DNA of 64,000 bases, taken from the NCBI GenBank assembly GCA_944362705.1, contig CALVTO010000001.1, positions 359,366 through 423,365 of the forward strand, written 5' to 3'. The notes beneath the pieces are model-generated. The model was not told where the DNA came from. It made no database searches and saw nothing but the letters and a program-made list of their open reading frames with translations. A program made the translations under genes and the position numbers. Source of the DNA: an uncultured Clostridia bacterium. Lineage in GTDB: Bacteria; Bacillota; Clostridia; Christensenellales; UBA1242. This document shows, one piece after another, positions 17,789 through 27,841 of this stretch (positions within the stretch are counted from its first letter, which is position 1; each line of letters starts with the position of its first letter).

Positions 17789-18391
17789 ATGAGTTTAAAG
17801 TGCGAAAAGAAAACCGAACAACTACTTGAATTTATTACACATTTTATTCAAAAAAACAACTACCCACCATCTGTTCGCGAAATGCAAAAAGGCATTGGTG
17901 TAGCCTCAACAGCAACTATCAATTATTATTTAGAAAAATTACAAAAGCTAAATTTAATAAAAAAATCAGCCATGAAAAACCGTACCATCGAACTTGTGCG
18001 CACGGAAGAACAACCAGAATCTGTTTCTGTTCCATTTGTTGGTCAAGTTGCTGCAGGTGTTCCTATTTTAGCTGAAGAACACATTGAAGAATATATACCG
18101 CTTCCTAAAAACATGTTTCATAAAGATGAAATGTTTTTACTTAACGTTGTTGGCGAAAGTATGATAAACGCAGGCATTTTACCTAACGACAAAGTTATTG
18201 TACAAAAAACATCATCCGCAAAAAATGGAGATATTGTGGTTGCACTTATAGATCAAAGCGCCACCGTGAAACGCTTTTTTAAAGAAAAAGATCATATTCG
18301 CTTGCAACCCGAAAACGATTTTATGGAACCTATCCTTGTGAAAAATGTTGACATTTTAGGCATTGTTATTGGTTTATTAAGACAATATTAA
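17789..18391 (+). CDS. lexA: LexA repressor
   Basis: N-terminal wHTH (PPSVREMQKGIGVAS), cleavage region VAAG, and the Ser/Lys dyad (GESM ... TVKRF). ATG at 17789 follows AAGGAG. The track's N-terminal extension runs through the repeat. Confidence 0.92.
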   Translation: MSLKCEKKTEQLLEFITHFIQKNNYPPSVREMQKGIGVASTATINYYLEKLQKLNLIKKSAMKNRTIELVRTEEQPESVSVPFVGQVAAGVPILAEEHIEEYIPLPKNMFHKDEMFLLNVVGESMINAGILPNDKVIVQKTSSAKNGDIVVALIDQSATVKRFFKEKDHIRLQPENDFMEPILVKNVDILGIVIGLLRQY

Positions 18392-18465
18392 AAAATATAA
18401 AAAGGCAAGGCATTTACTTTGCCTTTATTTTTGTTTTTGTTATACTTTCTTAGGAGTTATACATC

Positions 18466-19638
18466 ATGAAAATTAAAAAAAGACATTCACGTTGGTTTAA
18501 AATTGCAAGACCAATTATCCATAATTTAATTAGTAAAAAATTTAACTATACTTGCACACCATGCAACATAAAACCCCCTTTTATCGTACTTGGCAACCAT
18601 ACAACCGATTACGATGCATTTTTTATTGCAGACGCATTTCAAGACCCTATTCATTTTGTCATGAGCGACCATATTACCACCTTACCTGTGGTTGGTAAAC
18701 TTATTCCGTTTTTAGTAGGAACAATTCCCATAACGAAATCTAGCCGCGATACACAATCCTTGCGCTCTGTCATTTCCGTTATCCATCAGGGTGGCGCTGT
18801 GGGAATTTTTCCCGAAGGCAATAAATCTTTCAGTGGCGATGTAAGCTATATCAAACCTACCATTGCAAAAGTTTTAAAAAAATTAAACGTTCCTTTAATA
18901 TTATTTACCATTGAAGGCGGGTACTTTTCCTCCCCTCGTTGGACAAAAAATAAACGTTTAGGTAGAGTATACGGCCATGCAGCAAAAATATTTTCTGCTG
19001 AAGAAATTAAACAACTTTCCACTGAACAATTGTACAATATAATTAAAGAAACTTTACATATTAACGCATACGAAGTACAAAAACAAAACCCTAGTACATA
19101 TGTGGGCCCAAATTTAGCTGAAAATATTGAAACATTTTTATATGTTTGCCCAGAATGTAAAAATATTTCTACCTTACATGGCGAAGGCAATACAATTACT
19201 TGCTCCCATTGCTCATTTAAAGCAACGTATAACGAATACGGGTATTTAGATTATGCACCTATGCCACAGCTCGACCAATTAGACCGTATGCAAAAAGAAT
19301 ATTTACTTCACCTGCCTTGGGATACTTATCCAAAAGATAAAATGATTACGCAAGATAGTGGTTGGGTTATTGCACGAAAAATTACAAAATATAAAAGCAA
19401 AAAACTAGGCACATTTACATTGCAACTAACCACACAAACCTTAACATTTACAAACAAAAAACAAACAACCATCATACCGTTGCAAGATATAGCTGGCTAT
19501 GCTATCGAAGGCGTAAACGGCATTCAACTTTGGTTAAGAGATGGCACCGTTTACCGCATGAAAAACAAAGGCGCTGTAAGTGGTTTAAAATATGTAAACA
19601 TGATAAGCGCCATAACCAAAACCCCTATGAAATTTTAA
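18466..19638 (+). CDS. PlsC-family acyltransferase with a C-terminal zinc-ribbon-containing extension
   Basis: NHTTDYD (HX4D) and FPEGNKSF acyltransferase motifs, then CPECK...CSHC in the C-terminal half. Confidence 0.7.
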   Translation: MKIKKRHSRWFKIARPIIHNLISKKFNYTCTPCNIKPPFIVLGNHTTDYDAFFIADAFQDPIHFVMSDHITTLPVVGKLIPFLVGTIPITKSSRDTQSLRSVISVIHQGGAVGIFPEGNKSFSGDVSYIKPTIAKVLKKLNVPLILFTIEGGYFSSPRWTKNKRLGRVYGHAAKIFSAEEIKQLSTEQLYNIIKETLHINAYEVQKQNPSTYVGPNLAENIETFLYVCPECKNISTLHGEGNTITCSHCSFKATYNEYGYLDYAPMPQLDQLDRMQKEYLLHLPWDTYPKDKMITQDSGWVIARKITKYKSKKLGTFTLQLTTQTLTFTNKKQTTIIPLQDIAGYAIEGVNGIQLWLRDGTVYRMKNKGAVSGLKYVNMISAITKTPMKF

Positions 19639-19642
19639 ACAA

Positions 19643-19680
19643 ATAAAAAAAAAGATGCAACTTATTGCATCTTTTTTCTT
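19643..19680. terminator. Bidirectional terminator at the strand-polarity switch
   Basis: A9, AGATGCAA / TTGCATCT stem, then T6. Confidence 0.75.
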
Positions 19681-19686
19681 TCGTTT

Positions 19687-20916
19687 TTATTTATTTTGTA
19701 AAGCGTTTACGCAATATTTTACCGCAAGTTTAATGTGTTCATACGTTAAACCACCTTGCATGTAAGCAATATACGGCGCTTTAATTGGAGAATCACAAGA
19801 AAGTTCAATACTAGCACCTTGCACAAATGTACCCGCTGCCATAATCACATCTGTTGTATACCCTGGCATTGCCCAAGGCTCAGGCACAACAAAACTATCT
19901 ACTGGTGAAACTTTTTGAATGGTTTGCACAAAAGCAATCAATTCTTCTTTTGTTTTAAATTCAACAGAACGAATAATGTCTTGTGGGTACACATTGGTTG
20001 CAGGTGAGGTTTTATACCCTAGTCGTTCCATTGTTTTGCCCATAAGCAAGGCTCCTTTTAACGCACCTGCAACTACATGTGGCGCTAAAAATACCCCTTC
20101 AAAAAACATTGTGTAAGAACCTATATAAGAACCCACCTCAACACCTAAAGAAGGCGCAGTAAGACGGAATGCAACTTGTTCTATACATTTTTTTGTTCCA
20201 ACAATGTACGCACCCGTTGGAGCAATACCACCACCAGGGTTTTTAATTAAAGAGCCAACAGCTACATCCGCACCCACATCAGTTGGTTCTATTTTATCTA
20301 CAAATTCACCATAGCAATTATCTACCATAACTATGGTTTCAGGCGCAATGTCTTTTACGTTTTGCACCACTTCCTTCACTTGCTCCATAGAAATTGCATT
20401 ACGCCACGCATACCCCCGTGAACGTTGAATATATACAAGCTTTGGTTGTTTTTCTTTTACAAAACTGCAAATAGCAGGCATATCAAAATTTCCGTCATCT
20501 AATAGGTTTATTGCATCAAAGTGCACACCCCATTCTTTTAACGAACCATTATTTTCTCCATGTATAACATCATGCAACGTGTCGTAAGGTTCGCCACTTA
20601 CACAAACAAACGTATCGTTTGGTCTTAAAAGAGCAAATAGCGTTAAAGAAAGTGCATGTGTGCCACAAGTAATTAAAGGCGAAACCAAAGCATCTTCCGT
20701 ATGAAAAATGTGCGCAAACACTTCGTTTAATTTTAGTTTACCCACGTCGTCGTAGCCATAGCCTGAAGAACCCGCAAACTGACTTAACGTTACTTTGCAA
20801 TCTTGAAAAGCTTTTAGCACTTTTTCTTGGTTATATAAGCAAACCTCATCTATTTTATGAAACATAGGCTTGCAATCTTGTTCCGCTTGACGAATTATTT
20901 CTTCTGTGTTTTGCAT
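19687..20916 (-). CDS. PLP-dependent Cys/Met-metabolism family protein (YnbB / aluminium-resistance-type)
   Basis: SSGYGYDD.GK..L..VFA..F..E.ALV and the rest of the sequence look typical of this family. It lies directly downstream of miaA, as in many Firmicutes. Confidence 0.7.
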   Translation of the reverse strand: MQNTEEIIRQAEQDCKPMFHKIDEVCLYNQEKVLKAFQDCKVTLSQFAGSSGYGYDDVGKLKLNEVFAHIFHTEDALVSPLITCGTHALSLTLFALLRPNDTFVCVSGEPYDTLHDVIHGENNGSLKEWGVHFDAINLLDDGNFDMPAICSFVKEKQPKLVYIQRSRGYAWRNAISMEQVKEVVQNVKDIAPETIVMVDNCYGEFVDKIEPTDVGADVAVGSLIKNPGGGIAPTGAYIVGTKKCIEQVAFRLTAPSLGVEVGSYIGSYTMFFEGVFLAPHVVAGALKGALLMGKTMERLGYKTSPATNVYPQDIIRSVEFKTKEELIAFVQTIQKVSPVDSFVVPEPWAMPGYTTDVIMAAGTFVQGASIELSCDSPIKAPYIAYMQGGLTYEHIKLAVKYCVNALQNK

Positions 20917-21815
20917 AAAAACTCCTTTACTTTTCCCTGTATTGCTTTTTCATCGGTTCTTGTATACCAACAAACATCTTTCATTCGTTTAAACCATGTA
21001 AACTGACGTTTCGCATAATGTCTAGAATTTTGTTTTAATTTTTCCACCATTGCTTCATAGCCAAGTTGTCCTTCTATGTAAGCAACAACTTCCCTATATC
21101 CAATAGCTTGCATACTTTGTGCCGATGTAGGCACTTTGTATGTAGTTAACAAGCTGTTTACTTCTTCAACTAACCCTTGGGTTAACATTTTCTCTACACG
21201 CTCGTTAATACGTTTATATAAATTTTCTCTATTTTCTTCCAAACCAATTACTAAAGCGTCGTATTGCGCTTGTTTATCTTCCTGTTTTTTAGGTAATGCA
21301 CCCGAAACATGATACACCTCTAGCGCACGCATAACTCGTTTGTATTGGTTTGGGTGTATAGTAGAAGCAAATTGCGCATCAATGCTTTCTAACATTTCAT
21401 GTAAATATTCGTTACCTTGTTCTTGCCTTATGGTTTCCAACGTTTTTCGGTACGCTTCGTCTTGTCCTACCCCTGCAAAAGAAAAACCATACAATAAAGC
21501 CTCTACATACAAGCCCGTACCCCCTACAACAATGGGTGTTTTGCCACGACTTAAAATATCTTGTATAGCGCTTGTTGCAAACGCAACCCAATCGTTAACT
21601 GTAAAAGGTTCGCTTGGTTCCACTATATCTATTCCCCAGTGCGCAACACCTTCCATTTCTTCCGTGGTCACCTTAGCCGTTCCAATGTTGCAATGTTTAT
21701 AAATTTGCATAGAGTCGGCTGAAATAATTTCACCTTGCACAAGTTTTGCTAAACGAATCGCTAAATCACTTTTACCAATGCCTGTGGGGCCAACAATACA
21801 AATCAATTTTTGCAT
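20895..21815 (-). CDS. miaA: tRNA dimethylallyltransferase
   Basis: GPTGIGKSDLAI P-loop, SADSMQIY and RQFTWF motifs. Confidence 0.93.
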   Translation of the reverse strand: MQKLICIVGPTGIGKSDLAIRLAKLVQGEIISADSMQIYKHCNIGTAKVTTEEMEGVAHWGIDIVEPSEPFTVNDWVAFATSAIQDILSRGKTPIVVGGTGLYVEALLYGFSFAGVGQDEAYRKTLETIRQEQGNEYLHEMLESIDAQFASTIHPNQYKRVMRALEVYHVSGALPKKQEDKQAQYDALVIGLEENRENLYKRINERVEKMLTQGLVEEVNSLLTTYKVPTSAQSMQAIGYREVVAYIEGQLGYEAMVEKLKQNSRHYAKRQFTWFKRMKDVCWYTRTDEKAIQGKVKEFLCKTQKK

Positions 21816-23794
21816 TACACTAACCTCTTAAACCATTTTTCTATATCGTTTTTCGTTAGTTTTACAATAACCGGTCTCCCATGTGGGCATTGCAACACCA
21901 CATTATCGTTTCCAAGTTTATGTAGCAAAAATTGAATTTCCTCAGTTTCTAAATAATCTCCGGCTTTTACAGAACTTTTGCAAGCTTTTTGCATAATTTT
22001 CTCTTTTAAAATTTCAGCCGCAGAAATAGATTTTAAGTTCTTCAAATCAGCAAACAAATCTTTAAAAAATTGTTCCATGCTCATATTACATAAAACAAGC
22101 GGTACGGCAACCACGCGAAAAGCGCGCGTGCCAAATTCTTCAATTTCAAAGCCTATTTCTTGCAAAGATGGTAATGAAGAAAGTAAAAAGTCGTACTCTA
22201 AAGGGTTGCAATCAAAAGTATATGGTACAAGTAAATATTGTTTTTCTACCGATTTTTTCTGCATACTTTCTAATAAATAATCGTAATTTAAACGTTCATG
22301 CGCTGCGTGTTGGTCAATAAAATATAAGCCTTGTTCATTTTCTACTAAAATATACGTTTCAAAAACTCTACCCAATATTTTTAAAGGCGCATCTGCATCT
22401 TGAAACAAAGAGCCTTGCACATTTCTTGGTTTGTTGCAATCAAAATGCACCAAGCCATCGTCTTCGTAAGAAGCATACATGCCAGCGTTCATGCTTTCAA
22501 TCATTTTCGAAGCCGTAGGCACACCACTTGCGGCCACAGAGTCTTCTTGCATTTTTACAACCTGCTGAACAACTTGTGTTGGTGTAAAAAACATTTCTTC
22601 ATATTTATTTTCTTGGTTTTCATCTAACGGCACAAATGTTTGCGCTTTTTGTTTAACCTTTTCTGTTGCAAAAGGGTTACGAATGACACTATTTGCCATT
22701 TGAATCGACATAGGCACATCGGTAAAAGAAGGCGCAGACTGCGTTTGCGCTATGGTTTTATTCACTTTATTTTCTACAATAAACCCGTCTGCCTCAGCAA
22801 CAGAGTGTTGGTTGCTCGTAATACCTTTGCTTACTGCCTCAAACACATTGATGTAAATAAGAGAATTTTGTTCAAATTTAATTTCCATTTTTCTTGGATG
22901 AATATTTACATCAACTGCATCGAAAGGAACTTTTAAATACAAAACGTAAAATGGATATTGTCGCTTCATTAAAAAAGGTTCGTACGCATTTGCTACAGCA
23001 GCTGCAATGGTTCCATTGTTGGCATATCTGCCATTTACTACAAGTGTTTGGTATGTTCTATTTGATTTAGAAAAACTAGGCTTACCAATCACCCCATGTA
23101 ATGCATAGTTCCCAAATGTTTTTTCTATAGAAATGGTTTCTGTTACAGCTTGCTTGCCATACACCGCAAATAAAGCTGAAGCTTCGTCTTTCCCTAAAGA
23201 TTGATACACCACCCTACCATCAACAATATATTTAAAAGCAATGTTAGGGTTAGCTAAAATAAATCTTTCCATAAAGTCAGTTACGTTAGCTTCTTCGGAT
23301 TTATCCTTTTTTAAAAATTTTAATCTTGCCGGAACATTAAAAAATAAGTTACGGACTTCAACCGTTGTGCCCTTATTTCCACCAACTTCCGTAAACGAAT
23401 CAATCAGCCCGTTTTTTAATTCAATTTTTGTTGCCACATCAGCGTCTTCGGTTTTTGTTACCATGGTTACTTCCGCTACAGACGCAATCGATGCCAACGC
23501 TTCCCCTCGAAAGCCAAGCGTTTGAATTTCATTTAAATCGTCTACGGTTTTAACCTTGCTAGTTGCATGTGGTAAAAAAGCAAATTTTACATATTCTTGC
23601 TCAATACCACACCCGTTATCCGTAACTTGTAAAAACGTTTTTCCACCGTTTTCAATGGTTACTTTAATATCGGTAGCGCCAGCATCAATCGAGTTTTCTA
23701 CCAATTCTTTCATAATAGAAGCAGGGTTTTCTACAACTTCTCCTGCTGCAATTCGGTTAAAAACTTCAGCGGGCAAAATATGTATTTTTGCCAT
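21815..23794 (-). CDS. mutL: DNA mismatch repair protein MutL
   Basis: GHKL ATPase N-terminus (IAAGEVVENPAS..KELVENSIDAG, DNGCGI, LGFRGEAL) and a C-terminal QHAAHER dimerisation/endonuclease region. Confidence 0.95.
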   Translation of the reverse strand: MAKIHILPAEVFNRIAAGEVVENPASIMKELVENSIDAGATDIKVTIENGGKTFLQVTDNGCGIEQEYVKFAFLPHATSKVKTVDDLNEIQTLGFRGEALASIASVAEVTMVTKTEDADVATKIELKNGLIDSFTEVGGNKGTTVEVRNLFFNVPARLKFLKKDKSEEANVTDFMERFILANPNIAFKYIVDGRVVYQSLGKDEASALFAVYGKQAVTETISIEKTFGNYALHGVIGKPSFSKSNRTYQTLVVNGRYANNGTIAAAVANAYEPFLMKRQYPFYVLYLKVPFDAVDVNIHPRKMEIKFEQNSLIYINVFEAVSKGITSNQHSVAEADGFIVENKVNKTIAQTQSAPSFTDVPMSIQMANSVIRNPFATEKVKQKAQTFVPLDENQENKYEEMFFTPTQVVQQVVKMQEDSVAASGVPTASKMIESMNAGMYASYEDDGLVHFDCNKPRNVQGSLFQDADAPLKILGRVFETYILVENEQGLYFIDQHAAHERLNYDYLLESMQKKSVEKQYLLVPYTFDCNPLEYDFLLSSLPSLQEIGFEIEEFGTRAFRVVAVPLVLCNMSMEQFFKDLFADLKNLKSISAAEILKEKIMQKACKSSVKAGDYLETEEIQFLLHKLGNDNVVLQCPHGRPVIVKLTKNDIEKWFKRLV

Positions 23795-23795
23795 A

Positions 23796-26387
23796 TTACT
23801 CCTCCTTTACCTTGTCTACTAAGTTTTGTAAAGTCCCAAAAGCCACAATTGGCGAAACCGTATTCATATCAAGTTCTTTTAACATATTAATTACTTCCGC
23901 AATGTTGGCGTTGGTTGCACTTTTTGCATGCTGTTGTTGTTTTTGTGTTAAATCCACACGTTTATCTGCGGCTTCTTGTAAAGCCAAAATTTCTTTTGCC
24001 CTTTGCAATAACTCTTTTGGCAAACCAGCCAATGCCGCAACTTCCAAACCAAAACTACGGTTTGCACTACCACGCGCAATTTTATGTAAAAATACAATAG
24101 AATTTTGAAACTCTTTCACCATAACTCTGTAATTTTTCACACCTTCTGCCACACCTTCTAGTTCTGTAAGTTCATGGTAATGTGTAGAAAATAAAGTTTT
24201 TGCTTTCATGTGTTTCGAAACAAATTCCATAACCGCCCAAGCAATACTTAAACCATCGTACGTAGACGTACCTCTGCCTACCTCGTCTAATATAAGCAAA
24301 CTTTTATCAGTTGCGTTGTTTAAAATGTTGGCAACTTCATTCATTTCTACCATAAATGTACTCTGACCAAAGGCTAAATCATCACTTGCACCAATACGCG
24401 TAAAAATACGGTCTACCATACAAATTTCAGCTTTTTCAGCAGGAACAAACGACCCAATGTGCGCCATAAGTACAATAACCGCCACCTGACGCATATACGT
24501 ACTTTTACCACCCATATTCGGCCCCGTAATAATCATGGTACGGTTTTCGTTATCATCTAAAAGCGTATCGTTTGCAACAAACGCATTGTCTTTTAACAAT
24601 GTTTCTACCACAGGGTGACGCCCATTCACAATTTCCATTTTATGGCCGTTGGTTACTCTAGGTTTTACATAGTTTTGTTTTACCGCCACCATAGCTAACG
24701 ATAACAGAGCATCAATGGTCGCTAAGCCATGTGCAATTTGTTGAAATTCAGTCATAAACGAAGCCAAACTTTGTTTAATTTCTGTAAACAATTCAGCCTC
24801 TAATTTTTTGCAAGATTCTTCACTACCCAAAATTTTTGTTTCCATATCTTTTAATTCTTGGGTAATAAATCTTTCGGAGTTTGTTGTAGTTTGTTTGCGT
24901 ACATACGTGTAAGGAACTAGGCTTAACTGCGAGTTGGTTACTTCAATGTAATACCCAAAAACTTTGTTAAACCCTACTTTTAAATTTTTAATGCCCGTTT
25001 TCTCTTTTTCACGTTGTTCAAACTCACTCATCCAAACTCGACCATACGTACCCGCTTTACGCAATTCGTCAAGTTCGGCGTTATATCCTGTTTTAATAAA
25101 GTTAGCATCTTTTTGCATTTCCGTAATATTTGGGTTAATTGCATTTTCTAGCAACATAGTTACATCGGAAACATCTACTAATTGTGCAACGCTTTCTTGC
25201 AATAGTTGCGTTGAAACGCTTTGCAATAAGTTTTTAACTTCTGGTACAATTTTTAAAGAATCTAACAACATTAAGCAATCTCTTGGCGTAATGTTTCCAT
25301 AAGAAATTTTACCCGTCAATCGTTCAATATCATGCACGCCACGTAATTGTTCACATAACGCTTCTTGTAACATCACATTAAACGATAATTCTTCAACAGA
25401 GTCTAAACGCTTTTGAATTTTTGCCACGTTTTGTAAAGGTTGCTCAATAAACGAACGAAGTAACCTCCCACCCATACTGGTGTTGGTTTGGTCTAAAACA
25501 TGTAACAAAGAGCCTTTGCGTTTTTTTGTCGACATACTTTCTGTTAGTTCTAGGTTTTTTCTAGCATTCACATCTAAGTGCATGTATTCGTTATCTTTTA
25601 CTACACGAATTTTATTGATATTGCTTAACGTACGCTTTTGTGTTTCGTTTAAATATTCTAAAAGCGCACCTACTGCGCAAATACCATCATCTAAATTTTC
25701 AGCATCAAAAACAGAAAGTGTTGCCACTTTAAAATGTTTTTCGCATAAAGCCTTTGCACGGCGCAATTCATACGCCCAATCAAAATACTTAGAAAATGCA
25801 GGCAATGCTTCAAATTTCACACTATTTAATTGCGCTTGTATATCAAATGCCCCCGAAGAGCAAATAATTTCACTCGGCTTTACACGTAATAGCGCATCAT
25901 CGAGTAGCGCATACGCTTTTTCTCCGTGAAATTCCACCATTTCTAACAAGCCTGTGGTAATATCTGCCCAGCAAACGCCTACATTGCCATTTTTTACATA
26001 CACCGAAGCAATGTAGTTATTTTTCTTTTCTTCAAGCACACTACTTTCAACTACCGTTCCGGGTGTTACAATGCGCACAACCTCACGTTCCACAAGCCCA
26101 GGTTTATCGCCAGGGTTGGTCACTTGTTCGCAAATAGCTACTTTGTAACCAGCACTTAAAAGCTTGCCTAGGTAGTTGTCTATGGCATGGTACGGAATTC
26201 CACACATTGGCGCACGTTCTTCTAAACCGCAATCCTTGCCAGTTAAAGTTAAGTCTAAAAGATTCGAACACACAATCGCGTCATCAAAAAACAATTCATA
26301 AAAATCGCCAAGCCTGTAAAACACAATGGCATCTTTATGAAGTTCTTTTGTTTTTAAATAATGTTGCATCATTGGCGAAATAGCCAT
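23796..26387 (-). CDS. mutS: DNA mismatch repair protein MutS
   Basis: MAISPMMQHYL..FYRLGDFYELF N-terminus, Walker A GPNMGGKST and a DEVGRGTSTYDG motif. ATG at 26387 follows GGAGG. Confidence 0.95.
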   Translation of the reverse strand: MAISPMMQHYLKTKELHKDAIVFYRLGDFYELFFDDAIVCSNLLDLTLTGKDCGLEERAPMCGIPYHAIDNYLGKLLSAGYKVAICEQVTNPGDKPGLVEREVVRIVTPGTVVESSVLEEKKNNYIASVYVKNGNVGVCWADITTGLLEMVEFHGEKAYALLDDALLRVKPSEIICSSGAFDIQAQLNSVKFEALPAFSKYFDWAYELRRAKALCEKHFKVATLSVFDAENLDDGICAVGALLEYLNETQKRTLSNINKIRVVKDNEYMHLDVNARKNLELTESMSTKKRKGSLLHVLDQTNTSMGGRLLRSFIEQPLQNVAKIQKRLDSVEELSFNVMLQEALCEQLRGVHDIERLTGKISYGNITPRDCLMLLDSLKIVPEVKNLLQSVSTQLLQESVAQLVDVSDVTMLLENAINPNITEMQKDANFIKTGYNAELDELRKAGTYGRVWMSEFEQREKEKTGIKNLKVGFNKVFGYYIEVTNSQLSLVPYTYVRKQTTTNSERFITQELKDMETKILGSEESCKKLEAELFTEIKQSLASFMTEFQQIAHGLATIDALLSLAMVAVKQNYVKPRVTNGHKMEIVNGRHPVVETLLKDNAFVANDTLLDDNENRTMIITGPNMGGKSTYMRQVAVIVLMAHIGSFVPAEKAEICMVDRIFTRIGASDDLAFGQSTFMVEMNEVANILNNATDKSLLILDEVGRGTSTYDGLSIAWAVMEFVSKHMKAKTLFSTHYHELTELEGVAEGVKNYRVMVKEFQNSIVFLHKIARGSANRSFGLEVAALAGLPKELLQRAKEILALQEAADKRVDLTQKQQQHAKSATNANIAEVINMLKELDMNTVSPIVAFGTLQNLVDKVKEE

Positions 26388-27702
26388 ATTCATCCTCCAC
26401 AATATCTCCAAATAAAACGGAATTTTTTACTTTCGTTATTTTTACTTTAACAAAATCTCCTACACGCCCTGCGCCTTGCACAGTAACCGCTCTACCATAA
26501 ACGGTAGATCCCATCAACTTGTTCGCAAGTTTTGGGTGTACGTCTTCAAGTAAAACCTCTTCCACTTCACCTACGTGCTCAAGCGCTAATTTTTCGGAGA
26601 TTTCTTTTTCTACAGCCAATAAAGTTTGCAAACGCTGTTTTTTTACAGCTAAAGGAATTTGCCCATCCATTTTGTCGGCAACCGTTCCTTTTCTGCGTGA
26701 ATACATAAACGCAAACACCTGTTGGTATTGCACGCGTTTAACTACATCTAGCGTTAATGCAAAGTCTTCATCGGTCTCTCCCGGAAACCCTACAATTATA
26801 TCGGTAGAAAAGGTAACACCAGGCACTTTTTCACGCAAAGCATCAATAATCGAAACATAGTGCTCTACCGTGTATTTTCTGTTCATGGCTTCTAAAATTT
26901 TGTTGCTTCCACTTTGAATTGGTAAATGTACGCATTTGGCAATATTTTTGCCTTTGCTAATAACATCTACCACTTCCATAGATAAATCTTTCGGGTGGCT
27001 TGTCATAAATTTTAAGCGGTACTTATAAGGCAATGCATCTAGCGTTTGTAATAGTTTTGCAAACGTTTCATCTTTGCCATTTCCGTACGAATTTACATTT
27101 TGCCCAAGCAAAGTAATTTCTTTGTACCCTTCTTTTAAAAGTTGGCATACTTCTTTTACAATATCTTGCATAGGTCTAGAAATTTCTCTTCCTCGCACAT
27201 ACGGAACAATGCAATAGGTGCAAAAATTGTTGCAACCATACATAATATTTACCCAAGCATTCACACCCGAGGTACGCACCATAGGCATAGCATCACGAGG
27301 TGCAATATCTTGTTGCTCCTCAATAGCAAACACACGTTTTTTCTGTGCTATTTTTTGTTCAATAAACTTGCGTAAATCAGCTAAATTATGTGTTCCTAAA
27401 ACAATATCTACAAACGGGTACTTTTCTTTTAACACACCCGCCATAGCCTCTTGCTGACTCATACACCCGCAAACCACAATCAGCATGTCTTTACGTTTTG
27501 CTTTTATTGGCTTTAAAGCACCAATGTTTCCTAAAATTTTTTGTTCTGCACTTTCGCGTATGGCGCACGTGTTAAACACAACAATATCTGCCTTTTGTAT
27601 ATCTTCAGCAAGGGTATACCCCATACTTTCTAAAACACCCGCAATCTTTTCAGATTCATGTACATTCATTTGGCATCCATACGTAGCAATAAAATACGTC
27701 AT
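26335..27702 (-). CDS. miaB: tRNA-2-methylthio-N6-dimethylallyladenosine synthase
   Basis: MTYFIATYGCQMN start, CNNFCTYCIVP radical-SAM triad and a TRAM domain. ATG at 27702 follows GGAG; the longer track ORF upstream is implausible. Confidence 0.92.
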   Translation of the reverse strand: MTYFIATYGCQMNVHESEKIAGVLESMGYTLAEDIQKADIVVFNTCAIRESAEQKILGNIGALKPIKAKRKDMLIVVCGCMSQQEAMAGVLKEKYPFVDIVLGTHNLADLRKFIEQKIAQKKRVFAIEEQQDIAPRDAMPMVRTSGVNAWVNIMYGCNNFCTYCIVPYVRGREISRPMQDIVKEVCQLLKEGYKEITLLGQNVNSYGNGKDETFAKLLQTLDALPYKYRLKFMTSHPKDLSMEVVDVISKGKNIAKCVHLPIQSGSNKILEAMNRKYTVEHYVSIIDALREKVPGVTFSTDIIVGFPGETDEDFALTLDVVKRVQYQQVFAFMYSRRKGTVADKMDGQIPLAVKKQRLQTLLAVEKEISEKLALEHVGEVEEVLLEDVHPKLANKLMGSTVYGRAVTVQGAGRVGDFVKVKITKVKNSVLFGDIVEDEYGYFANDATLFKNKRTS

Positions 27703-27719
27703 ATTAACTCCTAAATTCG

Positions 27720-27735
27720 CTAGTATATATACTAG
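27720..27735. repeat. Perfect 16-bp palindrome CTAGTATATATACTAG
   Basis: Lies 18 nt upstream of the miaB ATG, in the miaB/PBP divergent region. Confidence 0.8.
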
Positions 27736-27841
27736 AGTAATATATAGTATTATATAAAAAAACTCGAATAAAGTAAATAAATATTTAAAATTTATGTAAT
27801 AATTTCTAAGCCTGTCGAAAATACTAACAAATAGAAATATT

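Noticed and set aside
27813-27819. A perfect Spo0A box, TGTCGAA, 23 nt upstream of the PBP gene ATG.
   Set aside because: A single 7-mer is expected several times by chance in 64 kb, and there is no second box or supporting context.
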